Source: Ascoidea asiatica JCM 7603
Lineage: Eukaryota > Fungi > Ascomycota
DNA length: 64,000 nt
Reading direction: 5' to 3'
Assembly: GCA_001600695.1 (NCBI GenBank)
Contig: BCKQ01000011.1
Coordinates: 349,678-413,677, forward strand
Position numbers and translations under genes: made by a program. Of the stretch, positions 1 to 10,788 are shown piece after piece; within the stretch, counting starts at the first letter, position 1, and every line of letters starts with the position of its first letter. The notes below the pieces were generated by a model. It searched no databases and was not told the DNA's origin. It saw only the letters and a list, made by a program, of their open reading frames with translations.

Positions 1-1
1 T

Positions 2-832
2 AATTCAAATAATTTAAATGATATAAATAATATAAATGGTATAAATAAAAATAAAGAAAAAGATATTGATGAAGTTTTTAATATAAGTGATATTGAAGAT
101 GATAGTGATAATAATAGTAGCAGCAATAATAATAATATTAATAATATTAATAATATGGGAAATGAAATAAATAAAAAACAGAAAAATAAAATTTTAATAA
201 TTATTGAAAAATTTATTATAAATAATTTTAAAAGAATTGTTAAATTATCAATAAATTTAAATTTTATAAATAATCCAATAAAATTATTAATTTTAATTTA
301 TTCAACATATTTAAGTTTTTATCCATATTTAATTAGAAGATTTGAAACATTTTTTAATTCAATTTCAACATTTCAAACAAGTTTAATTACAATTCTAATT
401 TTATATTTTTCAACATCTTTAGTTAAAAAATTAGCATTACCATTATTATTATCATATCCAAATGAAAAAAGAAGATTTAAAAGTAATTATAATAATCTTA
501 ATTATAATATTAATGATAAAAATAATAATAAAATTAATAAAAAAATTGAAAAAGATTCAGATAGTTTTAAAAATGATTTAGATGAAATTAAACTTTATAT
601 AATTAATTCAGATAGGTTTAAAAATAATTATAAAATTGAAAAAATTTTAATATCTAAAATTAATTATGTTTTATGGATTATTTTAATAAAAATTCAAATG
701 GAAGGAGCAAGTGATGAAGATGAAGTTTCTTTAAGATATGAAATCACTGATATTACTAAAAATGTTTTAAAAAATAGAGATAGTAATTATTTAAGTGATT
801 TTGAAATAACTGTTGATATTGATAGATATTGA
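2..832 (+). CDS. ZRG17: 3' part of Zrg17-like ER zinc transporter subunit (CDF family); start lies upstream of the window
   Basis: Frame 2 is open from position 2 to the TGA at 830-832. Hydrophobic NPIKLLILIYSTYLSFYPYL and the C-terminus IKIQMEGASDEDEVSLRYEI...EITVDIDRY resemble the recalled Zrg17 C-terminus. Confidence 0.7.
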   Translation, partial: NSNNLNDINNINGINKNKEKDIDEVFNISDIEDDSDNNSSSNNNNINNINNMGNEINKKQKNKILIIIEKFIINNFKRIVKLSINLNFINNPIKLLILIYSTYLSFYPYLIRRFETFFNSISTFQTSLITILILYFSTSLVKKLALPLLLSYPNEKRRFKSNYNNLNYNINDKNNNKINKKIEKDSDSFKNDLDEIKLYIINSDRFKNNYKIEKILISKINYVLWIILIKIQMEGASDEDEVSLRYEITDITKNVLKNRDSNYLSDFEITVDIDRY

Positions 833-1998
833 AAGACAATTTAAATTAATATAGATTTGATAGAATACTAAGAATTGATAATAATAATTCAATGAAACAT
901 TTATTTTAATTTTTGAATAAATTGATATTCTGTATATTAAATAAAAGTAAAGTTTACCGAAAACTTTGGTAAATGCAGATATAAGCATTTACAGTATAAA
1001 AAGTCATTCTACGCATTGAAATGCAGATAAAAATTTAAACTTTAAATTGTAACCAGCTCTGTGGGTTTAATATATTTTTGTCCTAAATAATAAATGTCCC
1101 ACTTTTAATTTAAAATTGCACTAAATTTTTGGGTAGTCATGTGACTGATTACATAACCGTTGACATAATTTTTAAAAGCCGTTTTCGGTAGTTGCCGCGG
1201 CCCGTTTGCGGCTTAGACACGGCGCTGTCTTGAGGCTGATATTGGCTTGTTTGCATATCATACGCCACGTTCGCCACTGGCAACAGCCGAAAACGAGTCG
1301 GAACTTCCAAAAAAAGTGTTTGACGAAACGAGAAAAAAGCTGTGGAGGTGGAAGAAAAGAGCAAAAGATCAAAAGATCAGAAGAAGATGAAGTTCCACGA
1401 CATTTCTTTGGAATTCATAGCCTCGAAGAACCATTGTTTGTTGTTCAGAAGGTGTTCATGTTGCTCTGATCTTGTTCTGATTTTGTTTTGATCTTCTTCT
1501 GGTGTTTTTATTCTTGGTTCTGGTCGAGAAGTTGTCGATTGAAAACTAGTTGTGGTTGGCAGTGTGCTAAGCAAGTGACCTGGAAAACAAGGTCTGGCTT
1601 GATTGTGCTTATCTGACTGGCAAGATAAAGCATGTTTTAAAAAAAGGATATAAACTAAGGAATTAAGCAATTAGACAATCTTCAAAGAGAATAAAAATAA
1701 TAAAAAGTGTATTAAGTTTTCAAAATAATCGATCAAGAGTGTTTTGTTTTACTTGAAAAAAAACTTCAATGGTTTAGTGTTTCTAATAAATAAACAGAAT
1801 ATGAAAAGAAAATTATAAATAACTGAAATATAATCATAGTCAAAATATCCATCAAATACATAAATAATTTAAAATATTTTAAAAATCATAAATCATAATT
1901 TGTAAATTATTCATTTCTCTTATCGAGTTTCTCTCATTTCATTTCTCAAAGTAAACTGATAAATAATAATCATAGTAATATAATAATAATATAACATC

Positions 1999-4923
1999 AT
2001 GGTAAATGATACAACAATAGATTACTCTCAATTTCCACTATCAAATAAAAATTTAAATTTGAATTCTGAACTTTCAATTTCTTTAAAAGATTCAAATCTA
2101 AAAAATAATTCAATTCTTTCAAATAATATTATACCTTTAAATAACTTTATAAATTCAAAACCTTTACTATATGATTTAACTTTAGAAGCCTTAACTTCAA
2201 ATACTATTAATGATAAAAATGAAAATGAAAATGAAATTGAAAATAAAGACAATAATGATGATATAAATGAAGAAGATTTGACCTTTAAAGGTTCTGTCCA
2301 AATATATATTCAACTATTAGAAAATTTTTATACAAATAATATATTATCTTTAGATTCTTCAGATTTGAATATAAATTCAATTACTTTAATATTATATTCA
2401 AATAATTCAATACCTTTCAATGATTTCAATAATTTCAATGATTCAAATGATAATATAAAAGAATTTAAAAAATTTAAAATTCCATTAAATTTCATTCAAA
2501 TTGATAAAAAAAAAAAAAAATTAAATATAAAATTTCCATTTAATATAATTAATCTTAAAAATTTTCATTTAAATAATAAATTTTTTTCAATTTTAATAAA
2601 ATTTAATGGAATCTTAAATAATAATTCAATTAATGGTTTATCAACTGCAGGTTTTAAAAATTTTATAATATCTGATTTAGAACCTTATTATTGTAAGAAA
2701 TTTTTTCCATGTTTTGATAATCCAAATTTAAAATCAATTTTTAAAATTTCAATAATTACAAATAAAAATTTATCTGTTTTATCAAATATGAATATAAATT
2801 CAATTAAATTCTTCAATTCAAATAATAATAAATTAGTAAAATTTAATAAAACTCCAATAATGCCAACTTATATATTAGCAATAATTATTGGTGATTTAAA
2901 TTATTATAATTATAATAATTATAAAATTCCAATAAATATTTATTACTTAAATTCTTTTAATTTAATTAAAAATTCAGGTATCTTTCAAGATTTAGAAACT
3001 TTAAAAATCTTAAAAAACTTAAATTTAAATGAAAATAAAAATTCAATAAATGAAAAGTATCTAAAACCCATTTGTCAAGTAGCTGAATATTCTTTAAAAT
3101 TCTTTTCAGACAAATTAGAAATAAATTATAATATGCCACATTTAAATTTCGCAATTATACCACAATATCCAGGTGCAATGGAAAATTATGGTTTAATTTT
3201 TTCTCATTCAAGAATTTTAATAGAAAATAAAAATTTCAATTTAAAAGATTTTAATAGTAATGATTTTTTATTTTATTCTCCTTTAAAAAATAGAATTGAA
3301 TTAATAACTCATGAAATTTCTCATCAATGGTTTGGAAATTTAGTTACTTTAAATACTTGGAATGATTTATGGTTAAATGAAGGTTTTGCAACTTTTATGA
3401 AATGGTTTTTGATTAAAAATTTATATCCAAAATGGAAGGTTGATCAGGAATTTATTTTTCGTTCTTTAAAATTGATTTTTTCTATTGATTCTTCAAGTTA
3501 TACTCATCCTGTACTTTTAAATTTAGATTTGAATGAAAATGAAAATATAAATCAATATTTTGATAATATTGTTTATATAAAAGGTTGTGTCATTTTAAAA
3601 ATGATATTTTATTGGCTTGGAGAAGATTTATTTTTATCTACAATTACAAATTATTTAAATCATTATAAATATAAAAATATTGATACTTTTGAATTTTTAA
3701 ATCATTTAACTGAAATTTCAAAAAAGGATATTAAATCTGTTTTTACTCCTTGGCTAACTAAAACAGGTTATCCTGTAATTCATGTACATGAGTATTCAAA
3801 TAAATTATTACTAAAACAATCAAGATTTATTAGAGAATATAGCAACTTAAATGAAAATGAAAATGAAAATGAAAATAAAAATATTAATCAAACTGATATA
3901 TACCCGTGTCTATTAAGACTAAAAACTAAAAATGAATTAAATAATGATATCATTTTTAACCAACAAGAAATGATGATTGAAGTAAATTCTTTATCTGATT
4001 TCAAATTAAATTATAAACATATAGGATTATTTAGGACATGTTATGAACCTGAAAGATGGGAAAAGCTAGGTAAGCTTGCTTTAAAAAGTGATTTTTTATC
4101 ATCTGAAGATAGAATAGGATTGGTGAGTGATGCCTATAGTTTAGGGGAATCAGGGTATTGTTCTATAATAAATTTTTTCAATTTAATTAAAGATTGGAAA
4201 CAAGAAAAAGAAAATTTTGTTTGGCTTGAAATTTTGGAAAAATTAGATGAAATAGGTACAAACTTATTTTGGTTATCAAAAGAATTATCTAATGGATTCA
4301 GTAAATTTGTCTTAAACTTAATATCCAATCATCGAAAACCTTTATGTGAGATAATAGAGAATCAAAAAGTTGCTAATCAGTTGGATATTGAATTCTTAAA
4401 AGCTCATATATATGCAAATGATATGTCGATCTTAAAGGAGGCTGAAAATTTGTTTTGTGAAAAATTTGATATGGTAATCGATCTTCCTCCTAATATTAGG
4501 GCCTTGATACTTCAAGCAGTGGCCATTGGAAATAAAAATTGTCATTATCAAACATTGTATGATTTATTAATTTCTTCTAACGATCCAGAGATCAAATTAA
4601 CAACTCTTAGAAACCTTGCAATGTTTCAGTCCAAAGAATTGGTTGATAGGACTTTGGGAGTTGTAGTTGTTTCTTGTAAAGACCGATGTGAATCAAGAGC
4701 AATAATTAATGGATTAATGTGTCATAAGGAAGGTAGAATAGGTCTCAGTTCTTGGATGATAAAGAACGAGAAAACATTCACGAAATTGTCCAAATTGTGT
4801 CCAGAATTCTCACAAACTCTTAAAAAAAATATTTCTCAATTTGAAAAAGATGATCTTAAATTTGAGAATATTTGCATGGATATAAAGAATTGGTTAGTTG
4901 AAAATAAGTATATTTCTACATAA
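1999..4923 (+). CDS. M1-family zinc aminopeptidase (Ape2/Aap1-like)
   Basis: GAMEN motif, HEISH-x18-E zinc motif (HEISHQWFGNLVT...WLNEGFAT), YIKG catalytic Tyr region and an ERAP1-like C-terminal domain. Confidence 0.93.
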   Translation: MVNDTTIDYSQFPLSNKNLNLNSELSISLKDSNLKNNSILSNNIIPLNNFINSKPLLYDLTLEALTSNTINDKNENENEIENKDNNDDINEEDLTFKGSVQIYIQLLENFYTNNILSLDSSDLNINSITLILYSNNSIPFNDFNNFNDSNDNIKEFKKFKIPLNFIQIDKKKKKLNIKFPFNIINLKNFHLNNKFFSILIKFNGILNNNSINGLSTAGFKNFIISDLEPYYCKKFFPCFDNPNLKSIFKISIITNKNLSVLSNMNINSIKFFNSNNNKLVKFNKTPIMPTYILAIIIGDLNYYNYNNYKIPINIYYLNSFNLIKNSGIFQDLETLKILKNLNLNENKNSINEKYLKPICQVAEYSLKFFSDKLEINYNMPHLNFAIIPQYPGAMENYGLIFSHSRILIENKNFNLKDFNSNDFLFYSPLKNRIELITHEISHQWFGNLVTLNTWNDLWLNEGFATFMKWFLIKNLYPKWKVDQEFIFRSLKLIFSIDSSSYTHPVLLNLDLNENENINQYFDNIVYIKGCVILKMIFYWLGEDLFLSTITNYLNHYKYKNIDTFEFLNHLTEISKKDIKSVFTPWLTKTGYPVIHVHEYSNKLLLKQSRFIREYSNLNENENENENKNINQTDIYPCLLRLKTKNELNNDIIFNQQEMMIEVNSLSDFKLNYKHIGLFRTCYEPERWEKLGKLALKSDFLSSEDRIGLVSDAYSLGESGYCSIINFFNLIKDWKQEKENFVWLEILEKLDEIGTNLFWLSKELSNGFSKFVLNLISNHRKPLCEIIENQKVANQLDIEFLKAHIYANDMSILKEAENLFCEKFDMVIDLPPNIRALILQAVAIGNKNCHYQTLYDLLISSNDPEIKLTTLRNLAMFQSKELVDRTLGVVVVSCKDRCESRAIINGLMCHKEGRIGLSSWMIKNEKTFTKLSKLCPEFSQTLKKNISQFEKDDLKFENICMDIKNWLVENKYIST

Positions 4924-5600
4924 TTGATCATTTTATTTTCCCACATGTTTTTTTTCAATGAATTGGATGTTTTAATTTTTTTATATTTTTGATAAGCTGA
5001 GCAGTGTTTTTTTCTATTTGATGCATTTTTTTTTCTAATATATAAAAGCTTTTACGCTGCAAATGAAATAAAAAAATTCTTTCAAAATATTGAACATGCG
5101 TACAAAACCAATTGTATTCTGGCAAACTATTAAATGATTTGTGTATATAAAATACAAATTTTGTCTATTCGAAATGTTCTGAAATATAGAATTAAGAGTC
5201 AAATATAAAACAACTCCAAAAGAAACTATTCATAGTATTGTATAATCTAAAATAAAAAAAAATAAAAATAAAAATAGCCTCAATAACGTTCGTTACCCAT
5301 AATCTAAGAACAGATAAAATGAAGATTATGCGTACCGAATTAATCATATTCTTCGGGGGTAAACATTACATAAACAAACTAGCAAAAAAAGCAGAAAATT
5401 GGCTAAAAAAAGACATAAAAGCATCGACAAAGAGAATTTAAATGTTGTATTAAACCTTAAAGGTGATCATTAGAATATAAAATTACAAATTATCAGCAAA
5501 AATAAATATAAATTATTGAGCTTATTGAAAATCTTCCAAAATCAGATAATGATAAGAAAAAAAAAATATCTCACTTAATAGTAGATAGTTTAATCATTAA

Positions 5601-8600
5601 TTAATCCTTTAATTTCCTTCTTTTATCTTGTTCATATTCAGAATCTGAAGTTTTGTCAATAATTGATGATATAGACCCTTTCTTTGGAAGTTCGCTTTTT
5701 TCTTCCTTTCTAGTGGAATCTTTACTGATTAAACTAGAGAGAGGAGGAAGACGACCAGTACGCGAAAATGAGTCAGACGACGGCATGCTTAGTCCACTGG
5801 ATGGTGATATTAATGGAGGAAAAGCAAAACTACTTGCTGCAGAGCTCATTGATGACTTATTTGAAAATATTGAAGTATTATTAGTTGAAGTGGAAGATAA
5901 TGAAGATATCTGGATATTGTCATCTTTATGTAACTCAATTAAAGAATTACGAACGTTATTTGATGAGTTATTTTTGAATCCTTGACTTAACTCTTCAATA
6001 GAAGGTAAAACTACTTTCTTTGAATTTTGAAATTGAGAATAAGCTTGAAAGCTTGTTTCTCTTGGGATCTCTAGAGAGCCTTGTTTCTCTTTTTCTATAA
6101 TTGCATTTTGTTGATTCTTTTTCTTAGTTTCATTAATGTCAGGATCCTCTTCATCAGAGCTATTGAGAATATTACTAATACTAGCTGGGTTTTTAGTATG
6201 ACGGTTAGAGCTCAGAGTTATCAAGGGTGAGCGAGAAGTTGTTGAATGTCGAAGTGAAGAGCCTGAATCAAAAGATCTTTGATTGGATATAAAATTTGTT
6301 TCTAATTGTGGTAAACTGCTAAAACTTCCAAGTCTAGATTGATCTAAGTTAACAAACGGCTTTGATGCATGTTTTGGGTAAGGCATAGATTGAGTAGATG
6401 AAGTTCTTAGAGTATTTAAACTCTCAGAAGAAAAAGCTCTGGAATTAACAGGACGAGGTGGAGTATCTCTAGAAGAATGTAATATTGGAAATGTAGGAGA
6501 ACTATCCGAGTTGATATTTCCAGAAATATTTGGATGAAAATGAGAAACTGAGGGAACTGTGAGAGAATTGGAAAAGGGATTTGGAGCCAAAGGATCTACA
6601 ACTGATTGAATTCTTGTTCTACTAGATGTTGATTCAAACATTGGAGATTTTCCTCTATCCGATATATCAGTGATAGCAGACTTAAACTTAGGCTTATGAA
6701 AAAATAAAGGAGAAGGTGTTGGAGTCCGAGTTCGTCTAATAGGAGGACGCTCTGTTTCTTCACTTTCATTATCATCATTTATTTTTGGGTTATTATCAGT
6801 CGGTGGGGCCTTTTCCACTTGTATTTGAAGCTGAACCTTTTCCTTAGGTTCTTGTTGGTTTATCGTGGTCGATATCTTATTGGAATAATAAGGAAGAGGA
6901 TTCATGTGTGGCTCTGACTGCCATAATTTTTGATCTTGATTATGTGCTGCAAACTCTTTATAAGGTGGAATAGTTGGTTGAGATTTTGTTTGACCTTGAC
7001 TTTGGGTGTTTGTATAATATTGCATAGAAGTCTGTCTTTTTGGCTCTGGAGACTTTGTTAAAATCTGAGATATTGAAGTAATTCTCTGTGGCTCAAAATC
7101 CGGCTGAGATTTTTTGCTTTGATTTTGCTGAAGTTTCTCTTCTTGCAACTGATACGGCTGTTGAGATTGTGGATGAGATGTAAACTGGTATTTAGGTGGT
7201 TCCTGTTGTTGATATTTTTGATATTTTTGATATTGTTGATATTGTTGATTTTGCTGACTTTGCTGATTTGGTTGGCTTTGCATAGTTTGCTGGATTTGCT
7301 GAAGTTTTTGATCTTGATAAGAAATTCGAGTTAATCTAGAATCTAAGGATTCGGCCCTAGTTGATAGATTTTTACTTATCGATGTAATTTCGTTAAATCC
7401 TTCGGATGGAATACTTTTTATGACGGGTTCCAAAGTTGGTAATGATTTTGCAAATTTGTATACTTCACCAGATATATTTCTTACTTCATCATGAAATTTA
7501 TCAATGGTGGAAGATAAAAATGTTTGCTTGGACTCCATTTGATCAGACATTGATTTTACATTCATATATGAAGATTTTTCATTGTTTATAAACTCTTGAT
7601 TTTCTTTATATTTTTGTGGTGGAGGCCTGAAAAATTGTTGTTGTGCAGGAGTGTTATATACTTCTTGTTTTGGTTGCATATATCTATTATCAGATTGAGG
7701 ATTAAATTCTCTATTCTGTATTTGAGGCAATGAATTATTTTGTTGTGGAATTTGCTGAACATACTGCTGTTCTTGATATTTCATAACTGGCTGTTGTTGA
7801 TTTGGTTGTGAAATTGGTTGTGGAATTGGCTGTGATATTTGTTGTGAGGTGGATTGTTGTTGAATTGGTTGGTAAGATATTGGTTGTTGTGATATCAGCT
7901 CTTGTCGTTGAAATTGATTAGGATTAGAATGAAAAGGGGTTTGTTCTCTAGATCCAACTAATATAGGTTGCATTGAAGATTGAACTTGGTTTTGAGGATG
8001 AATCTGTTGAAAGGTTTGAACATGGGAATAACTTTGGCTAGGTGTTACTCTTTGATGAGAAGACAAACCTTGCATAAGCTGGGGATTTTGATATTGTGGT
8101 TGGGATTGTGATCGTAATTGTTGCTGTTCATATAACTGCTGTTGTTCGTAAAGCTGCTGTTGCTCATATTGTCGTTGTTGTTCATATTGTTGTTGTTGTT
8201 GTTGTTGTTGTAATTCCATCTGTTGTGAATGTGATGGGGTAATATGTTGAACCTGATGAATCTGTGGTTGATCTTTTATATATGTATAAGAAGGAGTATA
8301 AGTTGTATAATTTGATGTTTGATAATGCTTGAATGACTGATTTGAAGTTTCAATCGGTTGATGGTGCTGCTGTTGTTGCTGTTGTTGATATATTAACTGT
8401 TGTTGTTGCATATGCTGCATCGATGTTCCAGGAATATTCTGTTGCAGTTGTTGCTGCTGATGTGGAGGAATTTGAATCTGTTGATAAAATTGAGGTGGAG
8501 GAATTTGATATTGATTTGATTGTTGAAGATGTGTCGGTATATTTTGTTGTAATAATTGACCTTGAATTGGAGTATGAGTGAAAAGTATCAGATCTGTATT

Positions 8601-9239
8601 ACTTCTTGATCTTGAACCTCTTGAATTTGGAGGTTGTTTTCTTTTAATTTGAGCTAAACTTGCTATATCATCTTTTCTAAACAATTTACTACTATGTTGA
8701 AATTCCCAAATTTTATTAGAACTATTATTATCAGATTTTTTTTTTGAATTTGAACTTGAACTAGTATTTGTAGAATTTACTATTGGAATTGTTGGTGTTG
8801 CTGATGATGGAGCTTCTAAATTTAAAATTTCAAGATTATCAGTTGGACCAGAAATTTTATGAAATCCATACATATGTAATTGTCTTACAAAACTTGCAAC
8901 ATTTTTATGATTGAAATAACTTGTTAAAGCTTCAGAGAATTCTGAACTTGGACGTAAAGCAAAAGTTCCATCTTTAGGTTCTCTTGACCACCATAATAAA
9001 TGTTTTAACAGAGGATCACTTAGCATTGAATGTAATTTATATATGAAAGCACTTTTCTTCTTTTCAGCTTTACCAGCTGCTTGTGATTGAGATTCATCTA
9101 AGTTAGGTTCTTCAAATTGAACAGTTGCTGGAGGTAATGAAGATTTAGATGGTTTTTTTTGAGGTTCTTTTGAATTTTTATTTGTTTTGTTATTTTTATT
9201 TTTATTTTTGTTTTTATTTTTACTATTATTATCAGGCAT
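5601..9239 (-). CDS. HSF-type DNA-binding transcription factor (Mga1/Sfl1/Sfl2-like) with a Q-rich region
   Basis: AFIYKLHSML...YFNHKNVASFVRQLHMYGFHK...WEFQH HSF domain at the N-terminus, followed by poly-Q and Ser-rich tracts. Confidence 0.88.
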   Translation of the reverse strand: MPDNNSKNKNKNKNKNNKTNKNSKEPQKKPSKSSLPPATVQFEEPNLDESQSQAAGKAEKKKSAFIYKLHSMLSDPLLKHLLWWSREPKDGTFALRPSSEFSEALTSYFNHKNVASFVRQLHMYGFHKISGPTDNLEILNLEAPSSATPTIPIVNSTNTSSSSNSKKKSDNNSSNKIWEFQHSSKLFRKDDIASLAQIKRKQPPNSRGSRSRSNTDLILFTHTPIQGQLLQQNIPTHLQQSNQYQIPPPQFYQQIQIPPHQQQQLQQNIPGTSMQHMQQQQLIYQQQQQQQHHQPIETSNQSFKHYQTSNYTTYTPSYTYIKDQPQIHQVQHITPSHSQQMELQQQQQQQQYEQQRQYEQQQLYEQQQLYEQQQLRSQSQPQYQNPQLMQGLSSHQRVTPSQSYSHVQTFQQIHPQNQVQSSMQPILVGSREQTPFHSNPNQFQRQELISQQPISYQPIQQQSTSQQISQPIPQPISQPNQQQPVMKYQEQQYVQQIPQQNNSLPQIQNREFNPQSDNRYMQPKQEVYNTPAQQQFFRPPPQKYKENQEFINNEKSSYMNVKSMSDQMESKQTFLSSTIDKFHDEVRNISGEVYKFAKSLPTLEPVIKSIPSEGFNEITSISKNLSTRAESLDSRLTRISYQDQKLQQIQQTMQSQPNQQSQQNQQYQQYQKYQKYQQQEPPKYQFTSHPQSQQPYQLQEEKLQQNQSKKSQPDFEPQRITSISQILTKSPEPKRQTSMQYYTNTQSQGQTKSQPTIPPYKEFAAHNQDQKLWQSEPHMNPLPYYSNKISTTINQQEPKEKVQLQIQVEKAPPTDNNPKINDDNESEETERPPIRRTRTPTPSPLFFHKPKFKSAITDISDRGKSPMFESTSSRTRIQSVVDPLAPNPFSNSLTVPSVSHFHPNISGNINSDSSPTFPILHSSRDTPPRPVNSRAFSSESLNTLRTSSTQSMPYPKHASKPFVNLDQSRLGSFSSLPQLETNFISNQRSFDSGSSLRHSTTSRSPLITLSSNRHTKNPASISNILNSSDEEDPDINETKKKNQQNAIIEKEKQGSLEIPRETSFQAYSQFQNSKKVVLPSIEELSQGFKNNSSNNVRNSLIELHKDDNIQISSLSSTSTNNTSIFSNKSSMSSAASSFAFPPLISPSSGLSMPSSDSFSRTGRLPPLSSLISKDSTRKEEKSELPKKGSISSIIDKTSDSEYEQDKRRKLKD

Positions 9240-10740
9240 GGCTGATAAAAATAATTTTAAATTAGAATTCTTATATTTTTTATTTTGATTTTTATTTGAA
9301 ACCGGAAAGGTCTAAGAAAATTAGTTATTATTTTGAAAAAGTGAATAATTATAGGAACAGTAAGAGGAATAGTAGTTAATTATAATATTAATACAAAAAA
9401 AAAAAGTGTGAAAAAGAGTTGAAGAGTCTTATAGATAAGTTATGTAAACGTTACCAGATATAATAGATTATAGATTATAAAGTATAGATAATAAATTATA
9501 CTTATATTTTTATTTTTATCAAACTTATTAATAAATGTGAATCTAATGAAGGTAAATACAACATTGGAATAAATGGATAAAAAGATAAACTATTATTCCA
9601 ATGAGAATTTAAATATTTATTCTTTTATTTTATTTATTGAAATTGAAATTGAGATTGAAATTTGAAATGGATATTCGAAATGATTAAAATAGTGAATTGT
9701 GTCAAAGATTATATATTATATGGGATTGTATGATATTATATTGGTGATTGTATTATATTGTATTATATTGTTATTTTATATTATATTATATTGAGTTATT
9801 TACTGTTTATTATTTATTATTTATTATGTATTATGATATTATTTATTATCTAAATGATAAAATAATAAAAATAAAAATAAAAATAAAAATAACGTTATAT
9901 GTCGGATTAATTATTATTGATGAGATTATTATGAATATAAATATAAATATTATATAGATTTGAAATAAGATTGAAAGATATATGATTATTAAGATATATT
10001 CAATTCAATATTTATTTGAAAAATTCGATATTAAATTTTTAAATCTTGAATAAGTAAAATAAATATATATTTTGAATGAAATACTTTAAAGATTTCAAAA
10101 CTTGAATATTTGAATATTTGAGTATTTGATTAACTGAATAATTGAATATTTTAATAATTGAATAATTGAATATTTTGGAGATTTGAAACTTTGAGGATTT
10201 GTAAAAATATTGAATCTTCAAGAGTAATGAAATAAAATATAATAAATAAATATGACCATAAATCAGAATATGAAATATTGTCAAATTTATTCTTAGATAT
10301 AAAATTGATGAATTATAAATTTAAAATTATAAATTAATCAACTCAGATGTTTTTTTTTCTTTCTTTTGAAGCTTAGATATAAAATTTTGAATAAATTTAT
10401 TAAATAATTGTAAAAAATAATGTGAAATATTGTAAAATATTGTAAAAATATGTAAAATAATTTTAAAATATTACTGTAGTTATGAAAATAAAAAGAGTAT
10501 TAAATAATATTTAAAAAAAAAAAAGTTATCAAAAAAGAATTTTTAATTGTTAATAGAAAGAAATAGGAAATATTACCAAATACTAATAAATAATAACAAA
10601 TAATAACAAAATTTGTTAATGTGAACTGGTATGAAATATTTTATACTTAAGCAACTTGTGAATTTTTCAGGTGAAGTGAAGTAATTTATAAAATTCAGTG
10701 CAGCAAAATGAAATAAAGCCAAATAAAGTCAAATAAAACC

Positions 10741-10788
10741 AGAGAAAGTTAGAGAAAGTTAGAGAAAGCTAGAGAAAACTAGAGAAAA
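10741..10788. repeat. 10-bp tandem repeat (AGAGAAAGTT-like) x~5
   Basis: Directly visible. Confidence 0.8.

Noticed and set aside
1149-1670. Overlapping short ORFs in the GC island
   Set aside because: They are open in several frames only because GC is locally high; non-ATG starts, atypical codon usage and no recognisable domain.
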